DNA of 64,000 nucleotides from Candidatus Gottesmanbacteria bacterium (GTDB lineage: Bacteria; Patescibacteriota; Microgenomatia; JAMCYU01), in contig JAZDMI010000021.1 in assembly GCA_043801155.1 (NCBI GenBank), positions 66,683 to 130,682 on the forward strand. Direction: 5' to 3'. Position numbers and translations under genes: made by a program. The notes under the pieces were generated by a model that had not been told where the DNA came from, did not search any database, and was given only the letters and a program-made list of their open reading frames with translations. Position 1 is the first letter of the stretch, and each line of letters begins with the position of its first letter. Positions 28,347 through 37,863 of the stretch are shown one piece after another.

Positions 28347-28354
28347 ATCATAAT

Positions 28355-28387
28355 AAATTACAAATATAGGCTGAGAATAAGCTTAAA
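28355..28387 (-). promoter_or_regulatory. OmpR/CiaR-like direct repeat box plus -10
   Basis: TTTAAG-N5-TCTCAG-N10-TAATTT on the minus strand. Confidence 0.55.
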
Positions 28388-28388
28388 A

Positions 28389-29435
28389 TTAAATAAATAG
28401 ACGAGAATGTTTAGCGGGAATTTGAACGGTAAATGTTGTCCCTTTATTGAGGCAGCTTTTAACATCAATAGTTCCTTGGTGCCGATCGATTATCTGTTTG
28501 GCGATTGATAAACCTAGGCCATAACCAGAAACATCAGACTTTGTTCTTGATTTATCTGTTCTATAAAAACGCTCAAAAAGATAGGGGATATCCTTTTGTT
28601 CAATTCCTATTCCCCGATCAGCTATTTTAAAAATAATATTTCTATCATTAGATGATGATGATATGTTAACTTTTGACGATGGGTGGCTATATTTGATTGT
28701 ATTATCCAGAAAAATTACTAACATTTCAGTTAATGCTTGTTTATCACCCTCGAGATTATAATTAGTAGTTTCATTTATTATAGTAATATTATTAGCCCTG
28801 GCTAAACCGGAGACTTTTTTAATTGCTTCAGAGATTATTTCCGCCAAAGCAATATTGGTAATATTTAAACCATTTCCCTTTTTTTGATATTTTATTAACT
28901 TGATTAAACGGTCAGAAAGATTCTGCAAACTATTGGTTTCCTCTAAATTACTTTCTAGTACTCTTCTTGCATCTATTAACGTAAGTTTTTTATTACGTAG
29001 ATTAACCTCAATTTCTGATTTCAATGATGTTATTGGAGTCCGTAGCTCATGAGAAGCATCCGTGATAAAGCGGCTTTGATCATCTAGCATTTCTGCTATC
29101 GGCCGAAGTGTTCTACCGGCAAGGAAGTAACCAGCCAGAGCTGATGTTCCCAAAATACCTGAATTTATAATTAAGAGGATTATCTTTAAGCGGTTTTTTG
29201 TTTCATTGATTATATCCGGATCAAGGATAAAGGTCCTACCAATATCTTGTCTGAGATTAAACGGAGGATAATCGGGTTGGCAAAGATTTATTTCTGACCT
29301 TAATCTTTGCATTCGTTCTACTCTGTCTAATTCAAAAGTTAATACTCTATAGATAATAAGACTAAAAAAAATACTGACAATCATAATAATTGCCAGATAC
29401 CAAGCTGTTAATTTTATTCGAGCCGATCTAAACAT
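28389..29435 (-). CDS. Sensor histidine kinase
   Basis: DASHELRTP, DRGIGI, GYGLGLSI. Confidence 0.94.
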   Translation of the reverse strand: MFRSARIKLTAWYLAIIMIVSIFFSLIIYRVLTFELDRVERMQRLRSEINLCQPDYPPFNLRQDIGRTFILDPDIINETKNRLKIILLIINSGILGTSALAGYFLAGRTLRPIAEMLDDQSRFITDASHELRTPITSLKSEIEVNLRNKKLTLIDARRVLESNLEETNSLQNLSDRLIKLIKYQKKGNGLNITNIALAEIISEAIKKVSGLARANNITIINETTNYNLEGDKQALTEMLVIFLDNTIKYSHPSSKVNISSSSNDRNIIFKIADRGIGIEQKDIPYLFERFYRTDKSRTKSDVSGYGLGLSIAKQIIDRHQGTIDVKSCLNKGTTFTVQIPAKHSRLFI

Positions 29436-29477
29436 AAAAATTTTAAAAGTTAAATATTAAAAGACAAATGTTACCTC

Positions 29478-30152
29478 TTACTTGCCCAGTCTATAACCGA
29501 ATCCACGAATTGTTTGTATTAGTGGTGGTTCTTTGGTGAATGGTTTGTCGACTTTATTTCTTAAATAGCCAATATATACTTCGACGGTATTTGGTAAAAT
29601 GTCTGATTCATAGTCCCATACATGACTAATAATTTGTTCTTTTGTTAATATCGTATCTGGGTGTCTCAATAGATACTCAAGAAGGGCAAATTCTTTTCTG
29701 GTTAAGTTTATCTGCGTTTCGTTCCGGCTGACCTCATATGAGTAGGTATTAACTTTAAGATTTTGGTAGTTTAATATTGAGTCGAGACTGTTTTTAGGCC
29801 GCCGCATTAATGCCTTAACCCTGGCTAAGAGTTCTTCAAAAGCAAATGGTTTAACCAAATAGTCATCAGCTCCGGCATTTAAACCTTCAATTTTATTATC
29901 TAATTCTCCTTTAGCAGTAAGAATGAGTATTGGAATATGAATTTTTTCCTGCCTTAATTTTTGGCATATAGTTATGCCATCAATTTTCGGCAGCATCAAG
30001 TCAAGGATAATAAGGTCATAATCTTCAGTTGAAGCCATATCATAACCTTCGCTTCCATCATAAGCCGTATCAACAGCGAAATATTCCTGCTCAAGCCCCT
30101 TAGCAATCGAATTAGCTATTTTATGTTCATCTTCAATAATTAATATTCTCAT
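29478..30152 (-). CDS. OmpR-family response regulator
   Basis: IEDE, LDLMLP, GADDYLVKPF, TIRGFGY. Confidence 0.95.
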   Translation of the reverse strand: MRILIIEDEHKIANSIAKGLEQEYFAVDTAYDGSEGYDMASTEDYDLIILDLMLPKIDGITICQKLRQEKIHIPILILTAKGELDNKIEGLNAGADDYLVKPFAFEELLARVKALMRRPKNSLDSILNYQNLKVNTYSYEVSRNETQINLTRKEFALLEYLLRHPDTILTKEQIISHVWDYESDILPNTVEVYIGYLRNKVDKPFTKEPPLIQTIRGFGYRLGK

Positions 30153-30171
30153 AAAATATCCTCACGGAAAA

Positions 30172-30267
30172 TTATTCCGTCCCTCAGAATGTCATCTTCA
30201 CAAGTTGACCTGCCTGCCCGCCAACGGCATTGCCGCAGGCAAATGCAGGCGGGAATGAGGTAAGGAA
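30172..30267 (-). repeat. Family-A hairpin element with nested 41-nt GC palindrome (30213-30253)
   Basis: Aligns with 21147-21200 once the insert is removed. Confidence 0.8.
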
Positions 30268-30285
30268 AATATTTCCAGAGGAAAT

Positions 30286-30317
30286 ATTATACTAAAATTG
30301 CTTAAAATTAGCTTAGA
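30286..30317 (-). promoter_or_regulatory. OmpR/CiaR-like direct repeat box plus -10
   Basis: TCTAAG-N5-TTTAAG-N9-TATAAT on the minus strand. Confidence 0.6.
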
Positions 30318-30324
30318 AAATACT

Positions 30325-31845
30325 TTAAGTATAACCCGGGAAAAAATCGGATCTGATCTGGTTTTTATCTATTCCCATTTTTTTAAGTATATCTTTAAAA
30401 TAAGTAACCATATTATGAGTTCCGGAAATATAATAAACTCTTTCCTTAAAATCCGGAACTTCCTTGATAATCATTTGTTCATTAATCCGCCCGATCCTTC
30501 CGGTCCACGACGATGGAATCTTATCCTGATCTGTCAGGGTATAAATTGTTTTGATATGCAGTAATTTTCCCGCAGCAGTAAAAATATCCCGATAAACGAT
30601 TTCATTAATATATTTATTTGAATAAAAAAGGGTAATCTGTCTTTCTTTATTTATATCAAGAAGATATTTAATCATACTCCTAAAAGGAGTAATACCGATA
30701 CCGCCGGCAATAAAAACTAATTTCTTATTTGGATCTTTGGGTAACGTAAAATCACCAGCTAATTGTGAAGCGACAATTTTATCATTGCTACTAAAGTTTT
30801 TTAGCGCCCGTTTATAACTGCTCGAGGGATTGTCGAATCTAACACCGATTCTTAAGTTATCTTCAGTCGGAGATGAAGCAAGGGTAAAATACCGGCGGTT
30901 TCCCCGACTATCAGTTCCTTGATGCGCCAAAGTCCATTCCATATATTGTCCCGGTAAATAATTAATCTTCGAAGTTTTAGGGAATACAAAATCATAAATA
31001 TCTAGCGAATAATTTATTTTCTCTTTAATAGCTAAAACTAATCTTTGTTTTGGGCTGACAAAATATGAAAATAGATTACCGACAAGTAAAGCAATTTCCG
31101 GGGTTATGTAAAATAAACCTAAATGAAGCCGGGGATTAAATAAAAGACCAACAAGAATCCCATAAGATAGTCTTAATTTAGATTTTGGCGGTGTTGTTAA
31201 CGGTTCAGTCAACATGATAAAGGCGAAAAACAAAAGCGGAGTATCCAAAAGAATTCGCAGTATTAAATCTGACGGATTTGATAATTGCATTACGGTATAA
31301 AGCGCGATGGAGGCGACGGCTGTGATTAAAAAAGCCGCCACCATCGGTGATCTCTCTATTTTTCTAACGATAAGTAGTCCGGCAATTAAGACAAAAATCA
31401 TCATGGACGAACTGCCGATCCACCAGCTGGCTGATTGATTTATAGTTAACGCTGTTATACTGACAGCTAAAGCGGCTGGATTAAAAATATGTTTTTTATT
31501 AATTGCCAAAATATATTTTGACGCTATAGCTAATACGCCTGCCCAAAAAAGAAATGGAATATCATTGATATTTTTTATTGGTGTGATAATTAAAGCAAGA
31601 ATCAGAGCGGTAATATAGTTTGATTCGATATTGGTCGGTGCTGCAAAAAACGAAGAGAAAACTCTATTAGTAAGATAACAGACTACGACCAAAAATAAAG
31701 TTGAAAGTAATAAAGATAAGCCGTTAAATGGTAAAATTCCCAGAAAACTAAATAAAATGGCAATAATTATTAATGTTATCAATACATAAAGAACTAACCG
31801 GTACATCGTGATTTGATTAAGAAAATCGTCAATGATTTTGATCAT
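30325..31845 (-). CDS. RnfD/NqrB-like membrane domain fused to an FNR-type FAD/NAD oxidoreductase
   Basis: HIFNPAA, MLTEPLTTP; RYFTLASSP, AGGIGITPF. Confidence 0.85.
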   Translation of the reverse strand: MIKIIDDFLNQITMYRLVLYVLITLIIIAILFSFLGILPFNGLSLLLSTLFLVVVCYLTNRVFSSFFAAPTNIESNYITALILALIITPIKNINDIPFLFWAGVLAIASKYILAINKKHIFNPAALAVSITALTINQSASWWIGSSSMMIFVLIAGLLIVRKIERSPMVAAFLITAVASIALYTVMQLSNPSDLILRILLDTPLLFFAFIMLTEPLTTPPKSKLRLSYGILVGLLFNPRLHLGLFYITPEIALLVGNLFSYFVSPKQRLVLAIKEKINYSLDIYDFVFPKTSKINYLPGQYMEWTLAHQGTDSRGNRRYFTLASSPTEDNLRIGVRFDNPSSSYKRALKNFSSNDKIVASQLAGDFTLPKDPNKKLVFIAGGIGITPFRSMIKYLLDINKERQITLFYSNKYINEIVYRDIFTAAGKLLHIKTIYTLTDQDKIPSSWTGRIGRINEQMIIKEVPDFKERVYYISGTHNMVTYFKDILKKMGIDKNQIRSDFFPGYT

Positions 31846-31889
31846 AGTTATAATATTTCGCTTATTTCTATTATTATATACCTTACCCC

Positions 31890-31917
31890 TTGATACTTCG
31901 GTTTTACTCAGCATCAA
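31890..31917. repeat. REP-like hairpin (CTTCG-N-CTCAG type)
   Basis: TTGATACTTCGGTTTTACTCAGCATCAA; same core as 25108-25130 and 48271-48297. Confidence 0.6.
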
Positions 31918-31932
31918 TCCAGTTTTTGGGGA

Positions 31933-31961
31933 TTGACAAGTAAACGTTCGTTTACTAATAT
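31933..31961 (+). promoter_or_regulatory. lexA promoter with palindromic operator AGTAAACG-TT-CGTTTACT (31939-31956)
   Basis: TTGACA-17nt-TAATAT with the palindrome filling the spacer. Confidence 0.75.
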
Positions 31962-31968
31962 AGAATAT

Positions 31969-32541
31969 ATGACAATTGAAGCAGCCAGGAAAAAATTACG
32001 TCAATTTTTTAACAGCAACAGGCGTTTGCCTTCTTATCGGGAGATGTGTGAAATTTTTAACTTTGCTTCTAAAAAGGCAGCTTTTGATTTAGCTAAGAAA
32101 CTTATTAAAGCCGGTATAATAGCTAAAGACAATACGGGAAAACTTATTCCCAGGCAACTAGTTTCACCGTTACCGGTTTTAGGCTTTATTAAAGCTGGTT
32201 CTCCGACTCCAGCCGAAGAACAATTGTATGACACGATGTCATTTGACCAATTTGTCGTTAACAATCCGGAAAATTCTTATATCTTAAAAGTTTCCGGTGA
32301 CTCAATGATTGAAGCGGGTATTAATTCCGGCGATTTAGTGATTGTCGAAAAAAAAGAGCAAATCAATGATGGAGATATTGTGGTAGCCAATATTGACGGC
32401 GAATTTACTCTGAAATTTTTTGCCAAGGAAAATGGCCATGTCTGTTTAGTTCCCGCTAATAAAAAATATCCTAAACTTTATCCCCAGCAAGAACTTAATA
32501 TTGCCGGTATTGTCGTGACCGTTATCAGGAAATATCACTAA
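31969..32541 (+). CDS. lexA: LexA-family repressor (S24 peptidase)
   Basis: HTH PSYREM, Ala-Gly cleavage site KAG, VSGDSM, FTLK. Confidence 0.88.
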   Translation: MTIEAARKKLRQFFNSNRRLPSYREMCEIFNFASKKAAFDLAKKLIKAGIIAKDNTGKLIPRQLVSPLPVLGFIKAGSPTPAEEQLYDTMSFDQFVVNNPENSYILKVSGDSMIEAGINSGDLVIVEKKEQINDGDIVVANIDGEFTLKFFAKENGHVCLVPANKKYPKLYPQQELNIAGIVVTVIRKYH

Positions 32542-32549
32542 AATGATCA

Positions 32550-32816
32550 ATGACTATGAACGAGGTAATCAATGAAAAAGTCAGCGTCGTTAGTATTTAT
32601 GACCGGGCAACGGGGTTGGTTAAACCATTTAAGATTAAATGGCAAGGCAGAATCTACAAAATAACAACACTCGGTTATCATCATAAAACCAAAGAAGGCA
32701 AAAAACTTCTTCATATTTTTTCCGTCTGTAACGAAACCATAGCTTTTCGTCTCAAACTGGATACCGAAAACTTACATTGGACTCTCGAGGAGGTTAGTGA
32801 TGGATTTGCCTCTTAA
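32550..32816 (+). CDS. Conserved small hypothetical protein between lexA and dinB
   Basis: 88-aa ORF overlapping the dinB start. Confidence 0.75.
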   Translation: MTMNEVINEKVSVVSIYDRATGLVKPFKIKWQGRIYKITTLGYHHKTKEGKKLLHIFSVCNETIAFRLKLDTENLHWTLEEVSDGFAS

Positions 32817-34047
32817 TCATAGTCAGCCGGGGATTATGCATATAGATTTAAATTCCTGTTTTGCCACAGCCGAACAACAGGCTAATCCGTTAATCCGCGG
32901 TAAACCGGTGGTCGTGGCTGCTTATACCACCGCCAGTGGTTGCATTATTTCTCCGTCAATCGAGGCTAAAAAATTGGGTATCAGGGTTGGAATGCAAGTC
33001 AGAGATGCTAAAATGATTTGTCAGGAAATAATTGTTTTACCGCCCGATCCGCCAAAATATCGGGATATTCATATAAAATTTAATCAGATTTTTCGTGACT
33101 ATTCTCCGAATGTATCTCCCAAATCAATTGATGAGGCGGTGATCGACTTTACTGGTACCCGAGCATTTAAGCGGGGATTAATTAATATCGGGAAAGAAAT
33201 AAAAACGCGGATGAAGCAGGAGATTGGCGTATGGATTTCCGCTAGTATTGGTATTTCTACTAATAGATTTTTAGCCAAGCTAGCGGCATCTTTACATAAA
33301 CCCGACGGCTTAGACGTTATCAACTATCAAAATCTCGAAGAAATTTATCGACAAGCAAGTCTACTTGATTTTTGCGGTATTAATACCCGATTCCAGGCCA
33401 GATTGAATGCTAGTAATATTTTTACGCCAATTGATTTTTTACAAGCACCTCTTGATTTACTCCGTCACCAAGTTTTTAAAAGTATTATAGGCTACTATTG
33501 GTATTTGAGGATCCGCGGTTGGGAAATTGATGCGATTGATTTTGTCAGGAAAAGCTACGGTCAATCATATGCTTTGCCTAGGCCGGTTAATAATCGGCAG
33601 GAGCTGGCGAAGCTTTTAATGAAACTGTGCGAGAAAATGGGCCGGCGATTAAGAAAATCCGGACACCTGGCCTATGGAATTCATATTGCCTGTTTATACA
33701 ATGATCAAACTTTTTGGCATCAAGCCAAAAAGTTTCACACGCCTCTTTATACAACTTACGAACTTTATGCGAAAGCTTTACTGGTTTTCAATAATCAACC
33801 GGAAAATAAAAAAGTAACCCATTTATCAGTCAGCTGTTATGATTTAATTTCAACTGAAGTTGACCAACTTGACCTTTTTGCCAGTGATCAAGCACGCCAG
33901 CGGAAATTATCCGATGCTTTAGACACCATTAATGATAAATACGGAGAATATATTATTACGCCGGCAATGATGATGGGAATGGATAAAGTAATTATTGATC
34001 GGGTAGCCTTTGGCGGAGTTAAAGATCTGGAAGATATCTATTTATAA
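32797..34047 (+). CDS. dinB: Y-family DNA polymerase IV
   Basis: HIDLNSCFA, SIEAK, SIDEA, AKLAASLHKPDG. Confidence 0.92.
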   Translation: MMDLPLNHSQPGIMHIDLNSCFATAEQQANPLIRGKPVVVAAYTTASGCIISPSIEAKKLGIRVGMQVRDAKMICQEIIVLPPDPPKYRDIHIKFNQIFRDYSPNVSPKSIDEAVIDFTGTRAFKRGLINIGKEIKTRMKQEIGVWISASIGISTNRFLAKLAASLHKPDGLDVINYQNLEEIYRQASLLDFCGINTRFQARLNASNIFTPIDFLQAPLDLLRHQVFKSIIGYYWYLRIRGWEIDAIDFVRKSYGQSYALPRPVNNRQELAKLLMKLCEKMGRRLRKSGHLAYGIHIACLYNDQTFWHQAKKFHTPLYTTYELYAKALLVFNNQPENKKVTHLSVSCYDLISTEVDQLDLFASDQARQRKLSDALDTINDKYGEYIITPAMMMGMDKVIIDRVAFGGVKDLEDIYL

Positions 34048-34126
34048 GACAATCTTTTATCCTTCTTATAGTAAAAATAGAACTAAGGGGTTGACAAGTT
34101 TAAATCATATAGTTTAAGATAATCTC

Positions 34127-35416
34127 ATGGTCGAAGAAAATATAAATTCAGCAAATCCGGTCAATCCCCCCCCAAACCAGGTTACAAGTATGACTTATCC
34201 TGACAAATCACTTCTTTCATCATTGAATAAAAGACAAAAAATTCTAGGTTTAAGTTTTGTAGTTGTCCTAGCAGTTTTTATCATTAGTAGTCTGATATTT
34301 GTGATGACACAACGGTCATCACCAAGCCAATTACCCGAAGTGATAACCGAAAGCGTTAAAACACCTTTGCCGATGATACTTACCCTAGATAGTCCAAGTG
34401 ATAGTCTAATCGTTACCGGTGATCAATTACTAGTAAAAGGCCAAACATTACCTGGGGCAACCGTGGTTTTTTATACTGATGATGATCAAAATTCAACCGA
34501 AGCAGATACCCAAGGGAAATTTGAAGGTAATCTTAAACTAAGCAACAGCGGTATTAATAACCTAAACGTGACTGCTTATGCTGAAAATGGCGAAGAAAAG
34601 AGTTTAGCCGTTGATTTGGTTTATGACAATCAGGTTTTAGGTGTTAAAGATAGTAAGGATAAAAGCGCGGCCAACCAACAAAATAGTAAGCAAAGCTTTT
34701 CTTCGAATAAAAAAGCGATTATTGGTGATGTCGAAACTGTTGCCAGTGACAGTGTTACGATTAAAGAAGGTAAATTAGGCAAAACGGCTAAGACTTCGGT
34801 TGATAAAAATACAAAAATTGTTAATCATGAAAAAAAGACACTTAACCTTGAAGGTGTGAAAATTAAAGATAGGGCGGCCATTATTACTGATGATGAATCA
34901 GCTACCGTTCCGGGAAAAATCAAAAAAGCCCTGAAGATTTTTGTTAAAGAATCAACCACTTCAGGACAATTAAATGTTAGTAAACGCCAAGCAGTTCAGG
35001 GAATAATCAAATCGATAACGGGGAATGAAATTACCCTTACCCACCAGATTCAAAGAGATAGACAATACACTATTTCTGTCAATGAACTAACTATAATCAA
35101 GATAAAAGGAATTAGTAATACTACCAAGAGTGCGACAACGAGTGCTACTTTAGCTAACCTAAAGGTCGGTGACAGAATTGTTGTTGTTGGAGATCGGAAT
35201 GAAATTGGGACACTCGTAGCCAAAATGATTCACGTTATTCCTGGTAAAGCCACAGGTATTTATAATAAGTATCCATTTGGTAGTCCAAATGCCAGCGCTT
35301 CGGCTTCGCCACTCGTTAGCCCTAGTGCCAGCGCGAGTGCCAGTCCGACGGCGTCGGCAACCGCCTCAGCTAGTCCGGCAGCGACAGCGTCTGCTATTCC
35401 TTCACCAACACCCTAA
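34127..35416 (+). CDS. Membrane-anchored surface protein (Ig-like + DUF5666-like, S/A/P tail)
   Basis: TM at about aa 40-60; low-complexity C-tail; TTGACA-17-TAAGAT leaderless promoter. Confidence 0.7.
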   Translation: MVEENINSANPVNPPPNQVTSMTYPDKSLLSSLNKRQKILGLSFVVVLAVFIISSLIFVMTQRSSPSQLPEVITESVKTPLPMILTLDSPSDSLIVTGDQLLVKGQTLPGATVVFYTDDDQNSTEADTQGKFEGNLKLSNSGINNLNVTAYAENGEEKSLAVDLVYDNQVLGVKDSKDKSAANQQNSKQSFSSNKKAIIGDVETVASDSVTIKEGKLGKTAKTSVDKNTKIVNHEKKTLNLEGVKIKDRAAIITDDESATVPGKIKKALKIFVKESTTSGQLNVSKRQAVQGIIKSITGNEITLTHQIQRDRQYTISVNELTIIKIKGISNTTKSATTSATLANLKVGDRIVVVGDRNEIGTLVAKMIHVIPGKATGIYNKYPFGSPNASASASPLVSPSASASASPTASATASASPAATASAIPSPTP

Positions 35417-35425
35417 ATTTACAAG

Positions 35426-36889
35426 CTAACTTTTAATGCCTCTTTTCCTAAAAGCGTAAAAATCTCCTTGTTGGGCAAATAATTCATAATTTACATTCTT
35501 TAATAGACTAGTAAGTGCTTTCTCTTGTTCTTCTGCGTTAGGCCAAGAATTAGGATCTTTTAATTTTATAAATACGAAATCAGCCTTTTGGGCATTGATA
35601 GGAAAGTTATATACGAACTGGCGTTGGGAAAAATGAGCGCCAATATTATTAGTAACCGAAACCGAATATTTGGCATCAATTTTTCTGCTTAAACTTAACA
35701 CTAAATCTTTTTCTGGTTGAGGCGTCAAAAATAAGCCGAACCTAGAAAATGGTCCGATCGGTAATTCTCCCCATGAGTATGATGAATATATAATCGTCAT
35801 TGAAAAAGCCATAATTCCTATTACATTTATTATTTGATATCTTTTCCTTAATTTTAAAGACAGGTTTTGTAGAAATAAAAAACCATCAATAGCAGAAATA
35901 AATACAAACGGACAAATTGTGCTGTTGTATTGATAATCAAGTTGTCTCATTAGGGGATTATTGCTTAAAGTATTTATCAATAAACCAGGAAATGAAAATA
36001 TTAATTTTAATGGAGAAAAAAGAGACAATAATCCTGCAGGAAGTAGTAATTGATAATAATAAAAAAGACGATCATAAGAAAAAATTTTACTAAAAACACT
36101 AAAAGGATTTATTAGTATATTTTTGATAATTAAATTTTGATTATCTCCGAATTCAGAGAAATATACTAGGGCAAAATGTTGTCTTTCAGTGGCTAGTGCT
36201 GGAATAAATTTCCATAACAATAAATAAAAAATACTAAAGCTTATCACTGCAGTAATTAATCCAACCCAAAGTCTTTTTTTAAAAAATATAATATATAATC
36301 CCATTAGTCCGGTAATCAGCCAAACCTCTTCTTTTGTTATTGCAGCCAGGACGGCAAAGATTATAAAAAAACAATACTTTTCTTTATACATAAACCAATA
36401 GGCAAACAGAAGAAAAGTTGTTGCTAGAACTACGGCATGAAAATCAAAAAGTATTGTTCTTTGCATTGGCGGGTATAGCAGGAACGCACCGGCAAAAAGT
36501 AACGCTAGTTTCTTAGATTTTAATTTATCAAAAGCGATCCAGTAGATTGGTATTGCTCCCAATCCTAAGACAATCGTCTGTATTAAGATTAAAGTTTTTG
36601 GGTTGGACCAAATAAGGTAAAATGGTGCCAAAAGAATAAGTAAAAAATCAGCATGGGCAGCTAAACGAGATGCCTGTTTATCATTTAATGAATGGGTTAA
36701 AGTAAACCCATTGCCATGCACAACATTCCAGACGGTTTGATCCATATTGCCTAAATCTAATCTTCGGGAATATAGGTTATCGTGGCGGGCAAAAGCAACG
36801 ATAGTGAAATAAATAATAAATAATAGAATAAAAAAGAGAAGTGTTAAATGATATTTATCTTTGACGCTGGTTTTTAGGAAAGCAAACAT
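35426..36889 (-). CDS. DUF2079-like membrane protein (GT-C-like)
   Basis: DLGNMDQTVWN, FDFH, KEE. Confidence 0.75.
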   Translation of the reverse strand: MFAFLKTSVKDKYHLTLLFFILLFIIYFTIVAFARHDNLYSRRLDLGNMDQTVWNVVHGNGFTLTHSLNDKQASRLAAHADFLLILLAPFYLIWSNPKTLILIQTIVLGLGAIPIYWIAFDKLKSKKLALLFAGAFLLYPPMQRTILFDFHAVVLATTFLLFAYWFMYKEKYCFFIIFAVLAAITKEEVWLITGLMGLYIIFFKKRLWVGLITAVISFSIFYLLLWKFIPALATERQHFALVYFSEFGDNQNLIIKNILINPFSVFSKIFSYDRLFYYYQLLLPAGLLSLFSPLKLIFSFPGLLINTLSNNPLMRQLDYQYNSTICPFVFISAIDGFLFLQNLSLKLRKRYQIINVIGIMAFSMTIIYSSYSWGELPIGPFSRFGLFLTPQPEKDLVLSLSRKIDAKYSVSVTNNIGAHFSQRQFVYNFPINAQKADFVFIKLKDPNSWPNAEEQEKALTSLLKNVNYELFAQQGDFYAFRKRGIKS

Positions 36890-36963
36890 TGACTTATTAT
36901 ACCCTAAAAAATCAACTGTAGTTATACCATTTTAAAATTTTAAATTTATGGGATAATCAACAT

Positions 36964-37863
36964 ATGCAGAAAGTGAATCCAATCCCTGCTTGTCCTTTTT
37001 GCCAAGGAGAAAACCTTAAATTTATAATTCACTGTAAGGGGAGAACAGTTTATAAGTGTTTTGAATGTGGCCTTATCTCTACTGCTGCGGAAATTATTCA
37101 TGGACAGTTATCGCCGACAGCTTCGTTGAGACTAAAAAAAGAATTACAGGATCATGAAGAAAATTGGTTTAAGGATTGTCTTAAAGAAAAACCGTATTTT
37201 GTAGCTCGTTTTGGAAAGAGACTGGCAGAAATTGAAAAGAGAAAAAAGCCGGGGAAAATTTTAGACATTGGATGTGCTGTTGGTTTTCTATTAGAACTGG
37301 CCCAAAAACATGGTTGGCAAGTTTTCGGAGTAGACAATTCTCAAAAAGTGATTAGATATTGGCAGAAAATTTTAAGTCCTGCTTGCGTCTTTTATGGTAC
37401 TTTATATGAAGCTAGTTATGATAATCAATTTTTTGACGCGATTACTATTTTTGATACTCTTGAACATATACCCGATCTTCACTCTTTTTTTACTGAAATT
37501 AGACGAATCTTAAAAAAAGATGGATTGTTGGCAATTGCTGTTCCTGATCAGGCAGGGCTAACGAGTAAAATTTTGAGAAGCCATTGGTTTGACTTTAAGT
37601 CAATTCCTCATCTGTATTTTTTCTCGCCTGATTCTTTAGCTATGGTTCTTCAACAAACTGGTTTCAAAATCATTCTGAAGAAGTCAGAAGTTGCTTATCA
37701 ATGTTCAATGAAGGAAAATCTGCCTAAGATAAGTAGGTTCTATCCTCATCCTTTTATAAGATTTAGCACTCTTTTATTAGAAAAGATAACTAATCTTTTA
37801 GGAATTAAAACCATGGTTATTCCTTTGGACCATATTTATATAATTGCTCAAAAACAACTATAA
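36964..37863 (+). CDS. Class I SAM methyltransferase with N-terminal Zn ribbon
   Basis: CPFC..CFECG, LDIGCAVG, LEHIPD. Confidence 0.88.
   Translation: MQKVNPIPACPFCQGENLKFIIHCKGRTVYKCFECGLISTAAEIIHGQLSPTASLRLKKELQDHEENWFKDCLKEKPYFVARFGKRLAEIEKRKKPGKILDIGCAVGFLLELAQKHGWQVFGVDNSQKVIRYWQKILSPACVFYGTLYEASYDNQFFDAITIFDTLEHIPDLHSFFTEIRRILKKDGLLAIAVPDQAGLTSKILRSHWFDFKSIPHLYFFSPDSLAMVLQQTGFKIILKKSEVAYQCSMKENLPKISRFYPHPFIRFSTLLLEKITNLLGIKTMVIPLDHIYIIAQKQL

Noticed and set aside
35281-35413. GC-rich quasi-repeats as a mobile repeat
   Set aside because: Explained by a Ser/Ala/Pro/Thr low-complexity protein tail.
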